From the NCBI GenBank assembly GCA_964016885.1, contig OZ024741.1, positions 182,900,001-182,964,000 on the forward strand: a DNA stretch of 64,000 nucleotides. Direction: 5' to 3'. Below the pieces are notes generated by a model that saw only the letters and a list, made by a program, of their open reading frames with translations, ran no database searches and was not told the DNA's origin. The position numbers and the translations under genes are program-made. This DNA comes from Eledone cirrhosa (lineage: Eukaryota). Each line of letters starts with the position of its first letter. The stretch's first letter is position 1. Positions 13,088 to 26,948 of this stretch are shown here, piece by piece.

Positions 13088-15732
13088 AGGTGCATTTTTT
13101 TAATATAAACATGTGTTAACGGTATATACTCCTTTGTATTCATTCCATTTATATGTGTATATATATATATATAAATGTTATGTGGATAGAGGTTGCTTAT
13201 CCTTAACTTGAAACTAGCCATAAATGAATGGTCAGGCACCTTAAAAGCTGTTAACTCATCAATCATGCTTCAAAAATATTGGCAAACAATCTCTGCATAA
13301 ATTGTTGCACAGCTAACAGAACAAAAATTCATCAAAGTAAGGAAGAATTTTTTAAATTGAAAACTTTAATCATCTAAATAAATAATTCAACTTTTCTGAA
13401 ACAGAATATAAAGGCATTTATAAAGGAACAAAATTATCAGTTTATGAATTATCTAATTCTATTAGATTTTTTTTTACACATCTACACATATCTATCAACA
13501 ACAGACTAACACTACTTCAGTTTCCTTAAATATGTTTAATACATTATGATCATCATTGTCGGCATCGTTTTTATGTTTACTTTTCCATGCTGTCATCAGT
13601 TGGATAAGATGGTTTTGAGTCTGTTTTTCTCCTCAGATGTCCTCCTTTATATCAAACCATACTTTATTGGGGTTTTTAAGGTATAATATACATTGCTGAA
13701 CTGTAAGCTTGTTTTATGCAGTTTCACATGAAGACAGACGCGCACACGCACACATGCTTAAATTTCCATCTACCAAAGTCACTCACAAGGTATTGGTCAC
13801 TGCAAGAATATAGAAGACACTTGACCAAGATTCCATGCAGTTGGATCAAACCCAAAATCAAAATCACATGGTTGTGATTTGGGGTTTGATGTGAAACAAA
13901 TTACTAAACCACACATGGAGCCACATATTCACTGAATTATAGTATAAGTGGATAATTCCACATACTATCAGAGCCAGAATCAACATGGCCTTACGGGGTC
14001 GATAAAATAAAGTACCAGTAATGTACTGGGATCATTGCTGGCCTTGTGCCAATAGTAGAAACAATTATATCTGTTGCAGGAACCTTGAACAAGTAATGAA
14101 ATTACAACATAGATTTCTGCTCATTTTCCATCTACTCTGACTACAACTATCTTCATAGGAAGTGTCCTTCAGAAGAAGAAATTGGGTTTAGGAGAGGCTG
14201 GCAACACATTCTTCTAAAGCAGATGAGCCAATAAGTATATTACTGTATATTCTTAGTTTCTAGAGCCTCTCAGGGCAAAGCTCATCCTAGTTTCATGAGG
14301 TGATAAACAACTGAGAGTGCAATACTTTCCTTTTAGATAGGTTGTCAGTTTATTGCAAGGTGCTGCTGCTGGTATTGTTTTTATCAGGTGAGTGGACTGG
14401 AACGACATGACATGAAATGCGTTCTGCAAGCAAATGATATGCCACCTAGTCTAGGGATCAAACCTACAACATTATGATCATGAGTGGAACACCTCTAGCC
14501 ACTAGGAAGTATACCTTTGTTATTACTGTATAGTATATACATGTGTTGACCTATAACTCTTATTGGAGATTTAGGGATGCCACTGTGATATAATATACCG
14601 TGCCTTGGGCATTTTAAACCTGGCAGAGCTTATCCCTCTCAGGCTGGAACAGATTAATACTTTTTTTTCTTGACCTCAGAAGGATGCAAAGCAGTGTTGA
14701 CTATGGCAGGATTTGAACTCAGAAGTACAGAGAGCCAGAACAAATACCACAAAGCATTCTATCCAACGATCTAAAGACTGTCAATTCACCACACATTACT
14801 ATATAGTACAGATACTTATTTTATGGATTTGGGATTCAAAAAAGGCAGGGTAAACACAAGACAAATTTGAAACTGAAAGTGAATGCAGATATGCGAACTG
14901 CAAGACATAACAGCCAAATCTCCCTCAAACCTTACTCTATCATCTTAAAAAAGGAATGACACATTAGACAATGTAGCTCTACACACACATACACAGATTG
15001 GTAAGGACTAGAACACTTTTGCTTGATAGGGAGTTACATTGCTCTAAGCAGAAATCAATGACACACAAGAAATGGTCAAAGTTGTATGTACTACAATATG
15101 TATATAGGGTAGAAATGGAATGGCTTGAAAGATGAAAACTGTTACTTTAAAATTATCAATATTAATACATTGCTGGTATATTTCACAAAGTTGTAAAATC
15201 TATATAATGACCAACTACAGTAATTTTTTGTTATAAACTGTAATTAAAAAGTTTTAGTATACCAATGTATAATTTATGTGTTCATAATATTTATAGCCTG
15301 ACTCATGGCAGCATACCAAATTCTCATGTTTTTAACATATAATTGATATACTTCAGTAAAGTGAATTTTTAGATTGTATGTTGTTTGATGGAAGGAGATT
15401 GTTTAGAAGTTGTCAAAGACCAATAGGCAAATTAACAATCAAATGTAAACTGAGCAACATTTTCTTTCTTTCTATATATCTATTTACATACCTATTTATC
15501 CCCCCCCCCCACCTCACTGTGTGTGTATAATCATAACCATCTTTTAACGCCAACCTTCTCTGCCCACAGACTGTGCCAGTACTTAAGCAGAGCCACCGAC
15601 CTCTCGGATGTGCTGGGCTGCAAAATAATTGATGTTTAGAAGAGCATCCAGTCGTAAAAATTATGCTAAACATTGAACATGCGAGATATTCCCCACCCCA
15701 ACCGATGCAGTAACTCTAGCAGATGTAATAAT

Positions 15733-15919
15733 TGTTTCTACGTTTGGCACAAGGCCAGCAATTACCCAGTACATTACTGATACTTTATTTTATCGACCCC
15801 GTAAGGATGAACGGCAAAGTTAACCTCGGCGGGATTTGAACTCAGAATGGCAAGGGCCGTAACTCTATACGTCAAAGCATGGCGTCCGACCCTCTACCGA
15901 TACTGCCAATTCACCACCA
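15733..15919 (-). mobile_element. Nin/Deu-domain SINE with 15-bp TSD
   Basis: Full family sequence with a perfect TSD AGCAGATGTAATAAT at 15718-15732 and 15920-15934. Confidence 0.9.
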
Positions 15920-16062
15920 AGCAGATGTAATAATGATTTTAATATACGTATGTATATATTTGTCCAAAACTGATGATTTATACCATCAAGAGTTTCTAGC
16001 TGTGTATAATCTGTTATGTGACAAAAAGACAATTCTTTATGTCATTTGAAGGAAAGGGTAAA

Positions 16063-16590
16063 TATAATTGTTTCTACTTTAGGCACAAGGCCAGCAATTA
16101 CCCAGTGTATTACTGGTACTTTATTTTATCGACCCCGTAAGGATGAAAGGCAAAGTCAACTTCGGCGGGATTTGAACTCAGACCGTAATGTCTACTCATA
16201 CAATCAGGATTTCTCTACAATTAATTTTTGATAATTTTTACTGAGTGTAACACATGGTATTTTCTGTAGTGCATACAAAGTTTGTTAAACTACTGATTTA
16301 GTGACATGGTTTGATTTATGATGATCAATCTCTCATTTGGCCAGCTGCTAAATTTGAACAGAGAATGTTGCCAGTATTTTTGTCATTCTGCCTTCCTTTA
16401 ATAATGATTTCTACTATAGGCACAAGGCCAGCAGATTTTTATTTGATCAACCTCAGTTCATTATTGGTGCTTTATTTTATCGACCTCGTAAGGATGAAAA
16501 GCAAAGCTAACCGTGGTCGGATTTGAACCCAGACACCATGCTAAAAAGCATGGTGTCCGACACTCTACCGATACTGCCAATCCACTGCCC
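16063..16590 (-). mobile_element. Two further Nin/Deu SINE copies
   Basis: A partial copy at about 16063-16188 and a full copy at about 16406-16589 with TSD CTGCCTTCCTTTAATAAT on both sides. More diverged copies are scattered through 17040-18450. Confidence 0.8.
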
Positions 16591-17559
16591 TGCCTTCCTT
16601 TAATAATAATATTTCATAGTAGGACCAGTGGAAATTCCAGCTTTTATAAATTTTCTTATCTTTATTTTGATGCATTACATTTATAGATCTTCATAAAGTT
16701 TCATTATGTTAAAGATTTCAATTATGTCCTTAATTCATTCCATAATACTCAAACATGTATCATTATAAGTAGAATAATATAGTAATAATATGTAGGAGAG
16801 GGGTGTAACTAATGAAGTCAATACAGGTATTTAAATGAAAGACAAAATCAAGCACTGCAGGGTTTGAACACATTCAGTTAATAAGTTCTTTTATTTGCTA
16901 CAAAAGCATTAGATGAAGGCAACATTACAAAGACAGGTTACAACATGAAGGTGAAGGTTTACATTGAAATGGGAAGGTAAAAACTGAAGTAAGGAGTATG
17001 CATAGGGTACAAATTAAGCATACATAGTATGCAAATAATAATTTCTAATTTAAGCACAAGGTCAGTAATTTGGGATGAAGAGAAAGTCGATTACATCAAC
17101 CTCAATACAAGACTGATACTTTATTTTATAGACCCTGAAAGGATAAAAGTCAAAGTTGACCACAGGGTTTGAAGTCAGACAGTAGCCATAACTAAATGCC
17201 ACAAAGCATTCTGCCAATCCACCACCCCAAATATTATTAATAATGAGTAATTTAGAATAGAAATGATTTCTTCAATATCCTGAAACAAAATTTATAAATA
17301 CAATATAAATAATACCAGTAATACCTCACAACATTACATCCATCAAACAACTACCATGCAGACATTACAACATCAATATTACAACACAAATTACAACTAT
17401 TGTAGTAATCAGAATTAAATCTTTGCCAGACAGACCAAAATATGTATGCAATATGTTAAATTCTGAGGCAATGTTTAAACCACTCTACCTAACTATAACA
17501 GTATAAAGAGCAGTTGACCTAAGGCAAAGAAACCTCCTATGAATTGGAACAACCTAGGA

Positions 17560-17790
17560 GCTGACTAAACCCATGCAGGTGTGAGCCATATTAACAAAAA
17601 AAAAACTGAATTTATTTAATGGAGAACTAGAAAATGGCTGTCTTGATCATAATGAGCACAAAGAACATGAAACAACTAAAACAAAACATTGAACTTGACC
17701 ATGCAAAATTTTAATCAAACAGGTCAAACTAACCATCATAGAAAAATCAGGTGCATCCACAGAGTACAACTGTATTGAAAAACAAAAAAC
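17560..17790 (+). mobile_element. Possible highly decayed Penelope GIY-YIG C-terminal fragment
   Basis: Broken translation EHKEHE...KQNIELDHAKF..NRSN.HHRKIR resembles the H.IDW..AKIL....N...RKIRE end of Penelope endonucleases. Confidence 0.3.
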
Positions 17791-20336
17791 AAAAGTTAAC
17801 AAACAAAAGTTAGTATTATTAGTAATATTGTGATATTTACTACAACAACAATGACAATAATAATAATGATTTCTACTAGAGGCACAAGACCAAAAATTTG
17901 GGGGGAGGGAAAAGTCAATTAAATCGACTGACTTCAGTGCATGACTGGTACTTTATTTTATTGATACCCCATAAGCTAACCTAGGCGGGGTTTGAACACA
18001 GAAAATAAAGGGCTGTAACCTTATGCTGCGAAGCATGATATCCAACGCTCTACTGATACTGCCAGTTCAACGACCTAGGCCAACAATTTGACTCCAGAAT
18101 GTGAGTGGAATTTTATTTTATCAAACCCAGAAAGATGGAAAGAAAAATTGACCTTGGCAGGATTTGAACTCAGAACATAAATACATATACCACAAAGGCA
18201 TTTCATCTAATTATTTACCAATTCTGCTAATCCACCGCCCTTAATAATTTAGGCACAAGTCTTCCCCCCCCCCTTTTTTTGAGGTGACAGTTTCAATTAA
18301 ATTGACCCCAGTACTTGACAGGTACTAATTTTATTGACCCAGGAAGGAAACTTGAGCTCAGCAGTATTTGGACTCAGAACATTTAGAATTGCAACAAATG
18401 CCACAGGACATTTTGTTCTTTGCTCTAATGACTCTGCCAGTTCACCACACTAATCATGTTGCAATATCAACAAGTCTTATGTTACATCTATTTTCCCAGG
18501 TCTTAATGAAGGAGATGATTTTTATGTTAGAGCAATTCTTTTTATACCCCTATTACTGCAAACTATACAGCTGTGATGAACAAGTTGAATTTGACACCAC
18601 CACCCCCGGTGCCTTGTTCTGTTTGCCTAGGTAATTAACTCTTTTGATACAAAACTGCCTGAAACTGCCCCTGGTTCTACAATACAAATCTGTTAATTTT
18701 AAAGTATTTATATTCATCTAAAAATCTTCCATCGTAATTTTATGTAAGAATCTTAGTTATGTTACTAAATAACATCTTAATTAGAAAATTATAGGCAGAG
18801 TATTTCATTAAAATTATGGTAATAAAAGGATTAAGTTAGAGTAATCAAAAGTTAGATGAGGTCTGATCTGAGGCACACCACAATGACATTTAATAAGATC
18901 TGAACTTATGATTGTGATCAGTTGTTGGTGCCTTTCACATGGACCATAACGCAATAGCATAATAAGATTTGAACTTAAGACAATGACCATGGGATTAAAA
19001 AAATAAGTAGTGTAAAAGGCTAAGCCCCAAGGTGCTATTCTGACAAATCTTTCACCCTTAATATGTTTTGAAAATAGAAACCTCTACCACCACCTAATTA
19101 GGGTAAATTTTGCAAAAATAAATCACAATTTAACTTCTATGGGCAATGAAAAGAAAAAATATTAAAACAATATTATATTTCATTTATAAATATATGTATA
19201 AACAAAGCATAAAATTTAAAATACAAATATAATCCATAAGACACAAATATATATATATATATATATCATCATCATCATCATCATCATCGTTTAACATCTA
19301 TCTTCCACGCTAGCATGGGTTAGACGGGAATTGTCCCATTTGAGGTAATATTGGTCGGGTGACCGTGACTCGCTTGTATAGGACTATCTGGCAGGTTTTC
19401 TACGGTTGGATGCCCTTCCTAACACCAACCACATTTAGTGTGGCCTGGGACCTTTTTACTGTGTAACCTACACGACCACATTACAGCGCGGACTGTTTTT
19501 AGTTTGTTTTTTCCCCCTCCATTTTCTTTTTCCCTTCTCTTTTTTTTCCTTTCCCTTTTTTATATATATATATACATATATATATACACACACACATACG
19601 CACACAGAGCAACAGAGATTTTTATAAAGCAAAATTTCAAATTTTCGAATGTATTAACTGAAGGTATAAAAACTAAATCGAGGTTATTATTCAAAAGGAA
19701 TGTTGTATTTCATCAAATTCTGAAATTCAATTAAGAACACACACACAAACTCTCTCACGCGCGTGACACTTAAGTATAAATTTTTTTCAAATGGCAATTA
19801 TGCCTATACATAAAGTCAAGACGCTTTTGTGATGGTAATTCACCATGTAAATAATTCAAAAATTCAGATACCAAAACAGATAAATATTAATATAATTGTC
19901 AAATAAAATTGGTCTATTTGACATGAAGTGCTTTTAAGATAATTACACAAACTCTAAAAATAAAGCCACTTTAAAAAAATGATAACCATGTTTTATTATT
20001 ATTATTATTTTAGCTTCCTGTAACCAAATGCTTTCTGTATATATGGAAAAATAAAAAATAAAAAGCCACTGAATTTGCATTGTAATATCCTATATGTGCC
20101 TCTGATAGTTCAGAATCAAGAAGGAAGCTAGAAACACTATATGGTTCATTGATGATGATGATCATCATGATGTGTAAATAATTTATATATAAAATTTAAA
20201 TATTCTCCACAGGTGAATTATTTTTTTAACAGTTGCTGTACACATAAAACACTATATGTATGTGTATGTGTATGTGTGTGCATGCGTGCATGCATGCATG
20301 TATGTGTGTGTATGTGTACATATACACAAACACACG

Positions 20337-20345
<9 letters not shown>

Positions 20346-20420
<75 letters not shown>
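20346..20420. repeat. (TA)n tract flanking the left end of the Penelope-like element
   Basis: Directly visible. A matching (TA)n flanks the right end at about 25396-25437. Confidence 0.95.
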
Positions 20421-20422
<2 letters not shown>

Positions 20423-20520
20423 TAGAAGTGGTATTTAATTTGTTGGAAGTCCGACAAATATAAATTTTTATATAACTGATTTAGAGCACTCAACAAGTTA
20501 CTGGAGTAAATATTCAATGA

Positions 20521-20575
20521 TCTATATATATAAAGCTGAGGATGTCTGTGTGTGTGTGTGAGTTTGAATCCCTAA

Positions 20576-20662
<87 letters not shown>

Positions 20663-20973
20663 CGCGTGCGTGTTTGTTTGAGTTTGAATCCCTGAAACCC
20701 GAGAAGTACCCAACCGATATTTTTCAAACTTTACATGTCTATTACTTATGCACATAAAAAAAAAGAATTCCTTTTCTTGATCCCCTAGGGCCCGCATTAG
20801 GTGAAAACCTGCATTTTTCCTGCTTCATCGAGGAAAATTTTAAAGATTATCCAGCCATCAGAGTTTATTTTCTTTACATATTGTCCAGGCATGCAGTTTC
20901 TCCACGATTAGGTCTGTTGGCGGCCCACCTTCCAAAATACCTTATACCGTGCAACGCCGGGTACCACTGCTAG
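20521..20973 (+). mobile_element. Non-autonomous Helitron with internal (GT)n
   Basis: 5' end TCTATATATATAAAG and 3' end CCGTGCAACGCCGGGTACCACTGCTAG. It is inserted exactly between A and T of the pLTR sequence CAATGA^TATTAAATAAATGG with no TSD; the uninterrupted site is seen as its reverse complement near 22013-22031 and 25370-25388. Confidence 0.9.
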
Positions 20974-21012
20974 TATTAAATAAATGGAAACTATATTTAT
21001 AAAACCATATTT

Positions 21013-21075
21013 ATTTTATTATATATATTTCAAGGGCAACCAAGATAACATTGGTACGCTTTCATCAGATAAAAT
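21013..21075 (-). ncRNA. Type I minimal hammerhead ribozyme (inverted pLTR copy)
   Basis: Minus strand: AUUUUAU-CUGAUGA-aagcguaccaauguuaucuugguugcccuu-GAAA-uauaua-UA-AUAAAAU. It has a 7-bp stem I, stem II aag/cuu plus accaa/uuggu, and a palindromic stem III. Confidence 0.85.
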
Positions 21076-21929
21076 ACAAAGTTTGTTTTATAAATAGAGA
21101 CATACCCATCGGTTGGAAATTCCCTGGATAGTGGAAATATATTAGGGATTATTCAAACTTATGTATGAATATGCAAATGAATATGTAAATAATTGAAAAA
21201 CAACCGTTTATTTAAATGACACTGGAGAAAGAGAGAAAAAAATATTACGAGAGATAGAGAGAAGAAATTAACAAGAGGATGAATAAAACTCATATAACGT
21301 TAATTTGGGGGGAATATATTCAATGGTACGTGTATTTACGATTAATTAGTTGTTAAAATTCTTTTCTAATATAATATTTACTGTTATAAGTAGATAGAAA
21401 AATAAATAGATAAAAGAATAGATTTGAAAAATAAATAAATAAATGGATAAATGAATAGATGGGTATATCGTGTTATAGATAATTGTTTTAATGAGTTATG
21501 AGGGTTATTGGTTTTGTATTTAATGTAAGTAAATATTAAGTTAAATTAAATTAAGTTAACTGAGTTAATAAGAATATTTATATTTATATATTTTAAAATG
21601 GGAAGATACGGAAAAACTCTAGTTTTGTTTATTTATTCGACTATTTTGTCAAAATAAGTATAAATGTTAAAGATATATTTAACCAGAATTAGTTAGTGTT
21701 TATAAATCTAATAAAAGATATTGAAAAATATTAAAAATTCGGGAAAATTTTTTTTTAAATAATTTATAAGAGATAAGTAATTTTTAAAAAAATAAGTAAT
21801 TTTTAAAAATAGATAAAAAATTAAAGAAAATTAAAGAAATAAAAAATAAAGAATTAAAAATTATTAAGATTAAAATTAAAATTAAAATTAAAATTATATA
21901 TGTATATATTTTAAGAAGCTTTAAGTGAA

Positions 21930-21987
21930 ATCTGATGAAAGCGTACCAATGTTATCTTGGTTGCCCTTGAAATATACATAATAAAAT
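21930..21987 (+). ncRNA. Hammerhead ribozyme copy lacking the 5' strand of stem I (cut by the inversion junction)
   Basis: CTGATGA at 21932, GAAA at 21969, then tataca-TA-ATAAAAT. The sequence upstream belongs to the inverted arm. Confidence 0.7.
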
Positions 21988-22178
21988 AAATATGGTTTTA
22001 TAAATATAGTTTCCATTTATTTAATATCATTGAATATTTACTCCAGTAAACTGTTGAGTGCTCTAAATCAGTTATAAACATTTATATTTGTCGGACTTCC
22101 AACAAATTAAATACCACTTCAACTTATAAATAGCTCCTTTAATGTTGAGCACTTTAAACTATAACTGACTGCTAAATA

Positions 22179-24332
22179 ATGGAATTCTTTAGGATTTTTC
22201 TTCTCTAAAAGATGTACCTTTACCTAAGAATAAGGACTATCTTAAACAACTCATTGAAAAATCTGACTCCTTTATACGAAGACTTAGATGGTGTGCCTTC
22301 CATTTCGATAGAAAACCAGATGAAATACACAAATAAATCCAGTTACAACTTCGATATGATCTTCAAATCCAAGAAAAATCCACCTAACAACAAACTATTA
22401 ATGGAATTTGAAAATGAAATAATATCAATTATACAAAACATCAAATTCAATAAAAACCAATTTGCAGGCCAGGAATACCTTAAAGGCCTTAAGAATAATA
22501 TAGACAATCTTGAAAAAACTGAGAAAATCCTCATAAAATCTGACAAAACTAACAATCTATACGGAATGCAAAAGGACGAATTACAATAACCTTATATTGA
22601 AAGAACTAAGGAAAAACTACAAAATAACAACTAATGAAGATCTTGAAATGGTAAATAGAGAAGCTTCTGAAATAATCCATAAATTAGGCATCGAAAATAG
22701 GACCGAACCCTTTATACCTAGAAGACCAAAAATTAACCTGAAAGACCACAAAAGAAACTTTGAAACAGAACTTCCAGTCAGACTTAGAGCACCATCTAAA
22801 TCAGACTTAGTAAACATATATTAGATAGAATCATACCGCAACTTAAAGAAATATCTTACCTAAAACTATGGAACGGTACTAACGAATTTAAACATAACAA
22901 AAAATCATTCAATTGGATATTGCAAACTACTACTCCTCCATTACTCCTAATTTACTTAATAAAGCTCTTCTCTATGCATCTAAACATACAGATTTATCTA
23001 GCGAAGAAATGCATATCATTTTAACTGCACGGAAAACTTTAATTCTCTGGAGAAGAGCCGATAGAAATAATAATTTTGATATCACCATAGGATCATCACA
23101 CTCGGCGCAAATAACAGATCTTGTGGGGCTATTTATTAATAATACACTGCATAGAAAAATACCAGAGATGACCGGTGGTTTATATGCTGCTTTTAATTAA
23201 AAATCATAGTAATTGTGAAATTAATAGAAAAAGAAAATCCATAATACAATTCTTCAATAGCTACAACCTTTAAGTTAGAAATAGAGAATAACTATAAAAT
23301 TGTTAACTTTTTAGACGTAACATTAAACCTTAACACAGAGTTCTACTATCCATTCCATAAAATTAATGAGAATCTAAACTATGTAAGTTTTAACTCTAAT
23401 CATCCTAGATCTATCAAGAACACTATTGTTAATTCTATCCAACAACGTATTTCACGCATCTCCGCTAATAAAAACATTTTTGACGATAAGGCAGAATATT
23501 ATAATGAAGCTTTAAATAGAGCAGGTTATATAAATAAGATTAAATACATCGACAACAGTGATAAGGCAAATAACCCTACTATTAATTATAATTACAATAA
23601 AAAATCTAACTTAAACTCTCTAAAACTAACAGAAGAAATAGAACTAGAAATATTATTTGGTACTCACCCCCATTCTCATTAAGCATTAAAACACCTTTAG
23701 CAAAGCTATTCTTTAAAGCACTAGATAAATGTTTTCCTAAAGCCCACAGATACCACTCAATCTTTAACAGGCATACTATAAAACTATCTTACTCTACTAC
23801 TATGAACATAGCACAGAATATAAATAGAATCAATAATAGAAATTTAAACCATAACCAAAATAGCAGTAATATCTCTAGCAATATCCAACATAATAGTACC
23901 GTTTTGAATAACAACTCCGCAACTGTAAAATTAAATTAAACTGTCCTTTACAAAATAAGTGTTTAGATAAGGACGTGGTCTATAAATGTACAGTCAAAAC
24001 CAGTGATAATATATTTAACTATGTAGGTGCAACTTCTACAGAATTTAAAAGCCGTTGGAATAATCACAAATTCTCTTTCCAAAGATTTGATAAAAAATCT
24101 TCAACTTCTCTTTCAAACCTGATATGGAACTTAAAATGCAAGAATATGGACTATTCTTTAACTTGGGAAATAGTTTCGAAAGCACCCGCATACCGAAACA
24201 CAGCTTTATCTATATTTTGCAAGTTGTGTGTTGAGGAAATTTTTTCCATACTTAAACTCTATTAATATAAGGACGAATTTATTTAGTTCTTGTAGACATC
24301 GCCTGAATTCAACATTTAGAACAAAAATATAA
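22179..24332 (+). pseudogene. Penelope-like RT + GIY-YIG endonuclease ORF, multiply frameshifted
   Basis: Fragments include SLKDVPLP..YLKQLIEKSDSFIRRLRW, IKSDKTNNLY, INLKDHKRNF...PVRL..PSKSDL, DIANYYSSIT, FDITIGSSHSAQITDLVGL, GGLY (the YRDD-type aspartates are deleted) and VNFLDVTLNL. The endonuclease region reads (C>R)NCKIKLNCPLQNKC-VYKCTV..YVGATSTEFKSRWNNH..CKLCVEE..SSCRH. Confidence 0.9.
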
Positions 24333-25280
24333 ATTATAATTACACTTATATTTCTACTTATTTTCATAACAATCTTGTCCATTTGGTTTTAATATATTGA
24401 TATCTCTAAATCATATCTATAACATTTGCTATAATTTCACTTCTTAAAGTTTCTTAAAATATATACATATATAATTCTAATTTTAATTGTAATTTTATTC
24501 TTTATTTTTTATTTCTTTAATTTTTTATCTATTTTTAAAAATTACTTATTTTTAAAAAAAATTACTTATCTCTTATAAACTTTTTTTTATTTTTTATTTT
24601 CCCGAACTTTTTATATTTTTTCAATATCTTTTATTAGATTTATAAACACTAATTTATTAGATTTATAAACACTAATTTATTAGATTTATAAACACTAAAT
24701 CTTTAACATTTATACTTTATTTTGACAAAATAGTCTCATACTAACAAATAAATAAACAAAACGAGTTTTTTCCGTATCTTCCCATTTTAAAATATATAAA
24801 TATAAATATTCTTATTAACTCATTTAACTTAATATTTACTTACATTAAATACAAAACCAATAACCCTCATAACTCGATATACCCAACTATTCATTTATTT
24901 TATCCATTTATCCATTTATTTATTTTTCAAATATATTCTTCTATCTATTTATTTTTCTATCTACTTATAACAGTAAATATTATATTAGAAAAGAATTTTA
25001 ACTAATTAATCGTAAATACACGTACCATTGAATATATTCCCCCAAATTAACGTTATATGAGTTTTATTCATCCTCTTGTTAATTTCTTCTCTCTATCTCT
25101 CTCGTAATATTTTTTTCTCTCTCTCTTTCTCCAGTGTCATTTAAATAAACAGTTGTTTTTCAATTATTTACATATTCATTTGTATATTTACACATAAGTT
25201 TGAATAATCCCTAATATATTTCCACTATCCAGTGAATTTCCAACCAATGGGTATGTCTCTATTTATAAAACAAACTTTGT

Positions 25281-25343
25281 ATTTTATCTGATGAAAGCGT
25301 ACCAATGTTATGTTGATTGCCCTTGAAATATATATAATAAAAT
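25281..25343 (+). ncRNA. Type I minimal hammerhead ribozyme in 3' pLTR
   Basis: ATTTTAT-CTGATGA(25288)-stem II-GAAA(25325)-tatata-TA-ATAAAAT. Cleavage is predicted after 25336. Confidence 0.85.
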
Positions 25344-25388
25344 AAATATGGTTTTATAAATATAGTTTCCATTTATTTAATATCATTG

Positions 25389-25440
<52 letters not shown>

Positions 25441-25881
25441 ATGCCAGAGTCGTAAGAACACTGTTGTTACATTTAAACCCAGCAGAGTCCATCCCTCTCC
25501 AGGTTGCAACACAGCCAATTTCTCCTAGAGAAATAGAGAGCAAAGGAGAAGGAGGGAAAGATATAGAAGAAGCGTCAGTCCCAGTATGGAACTGGCACTT
25601 TATTTATTGACCTTGAAATGATTGAAGTGGTTGCAAATGACTGTACTAAATGTAGACCATGAGGAACCTTCAATCTTGCCAAGGACCTGACAAGATGAAA
25701 TGCACCCAGTACACTTTGTAAGTGGCTGGTTTAGGATGGGCAATTTGTCATAGAAAATAATTGTCCAAAATAGAAGAAAGGATATGAGCTAGTCTTCCAA
25801 CTCATCTAGGATGGAAATAAATCTCGAAAATACTGACTGAAAATCATGATCTGTCATGGCAAGTGGCCATAGAATAATAAT

Positions 25882-26106
25882 TGTTTCTACTTTTGGCACA
25901 AGGCCAGCAAATACCCAGTGTATTACTGGTACTTTATTTTATCCACCCCATAAAGATGAAAGGCAAAGTTAACCTCGGCGGGGTTTGAACTCAAACTGTA
26001 AAGGACCGTAACGCCATGCTGCAAAGCATGGTGTCCGATCCCCTACCGATGCTGCAAAGCATGGCGTCCGATCCCCTACCGATGCTGCTAACCCACCGCC
26101 ATATAA
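25882..26106 (-). mobile_element. Nin/Deu-domain SINE with internal 35-bp duplication
   Basis: Family sequence with ATGCTGCAAAGCATGG(T/C)GTCCGATCCCCTACCG duplicated and TSD ATAGAATAATAAT. Confidence 0.85.
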
Positions 26107-26948
26107 ATAGAATAATAATGATGTTAATATATAATAAAAAATATATCTTTATATTATTTGAAATTACTTATTTTCCATCTCTGCTTCTTTCCCTTTATAC
26201 AACGTATACACACAAGTTGAAATAGCTCCACCCTGGAACCAAAACTATGTCACATAATTCAACTGGCAGACTGACTCTCCTGAAGATTACCTTCTGTAAA
26301 TTTACTTCTACTTAAAACATTCAGCTAATTAAAGAAAACAAAATATATCCTTAACTAAAGTGTGTCTATACGAGTGTTTGAATGTAATCAAAGAAATTAA
26401 TAGAGTATGAAAAAAATATTTGCTTTCTGTATAGGCAACACTTGCCTCAGAAGTAAAAGAGGAAGAAAAATAGTTGTTTTGTATATGTGTGTGGAAAAGA
26501 GAAAACCAAACCAACAACATAATTGGAAAATAGGGAATACAAAGCATTTTCATTGTGTGGTGCCCCAAAGAGCTTGGCATAAAAACCTCCAATTACCACA
26601 GCAATAATCACTAGAAATAGTAATAGAAATATATAACAAACATGTTTAATTGCCAATATAATGTAAATAACGAAAGATAACCTCACAAGAAGAAAAAAAT
26701 TTTTCTTGACCTTTCTTACAATGTGATCAATGTGCTAGAATTTGCAGCCAAATCACATTTGATTCAGAGTCTTACACATCTTAGCAATGTGTTATTTGCT
26801 GTCACACTAATGACATAGTGTGGAAGTGGGAGGATGTCAAAAACAAAGAAAATAGAAATAAGTGGGTGAAAATAGAAATAGAAAATAGAAATAGAAAATA
26901 GAAATAGAAATAGAAAATAGAAATAAGTGGGTGAAAATAGAAATAAAA

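Larger units (their letters stand above)
20416..25388 (+). mobile_element. Penelope-like element: inverted pseudo-LTR + partial direct pLTR + decayed RT/GIY-YIG ORF + 3' pLTR
   Basis: 20416-21931 (excluding the Helitron) is the reverse complement of 24435-25388 joined to 22030-22127. 21930-22031 is a direct copy of 25286-25388. The ORF remnant lies between them, with (TA)n on both flanks and no TSD visible. Confidence 0.92.
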
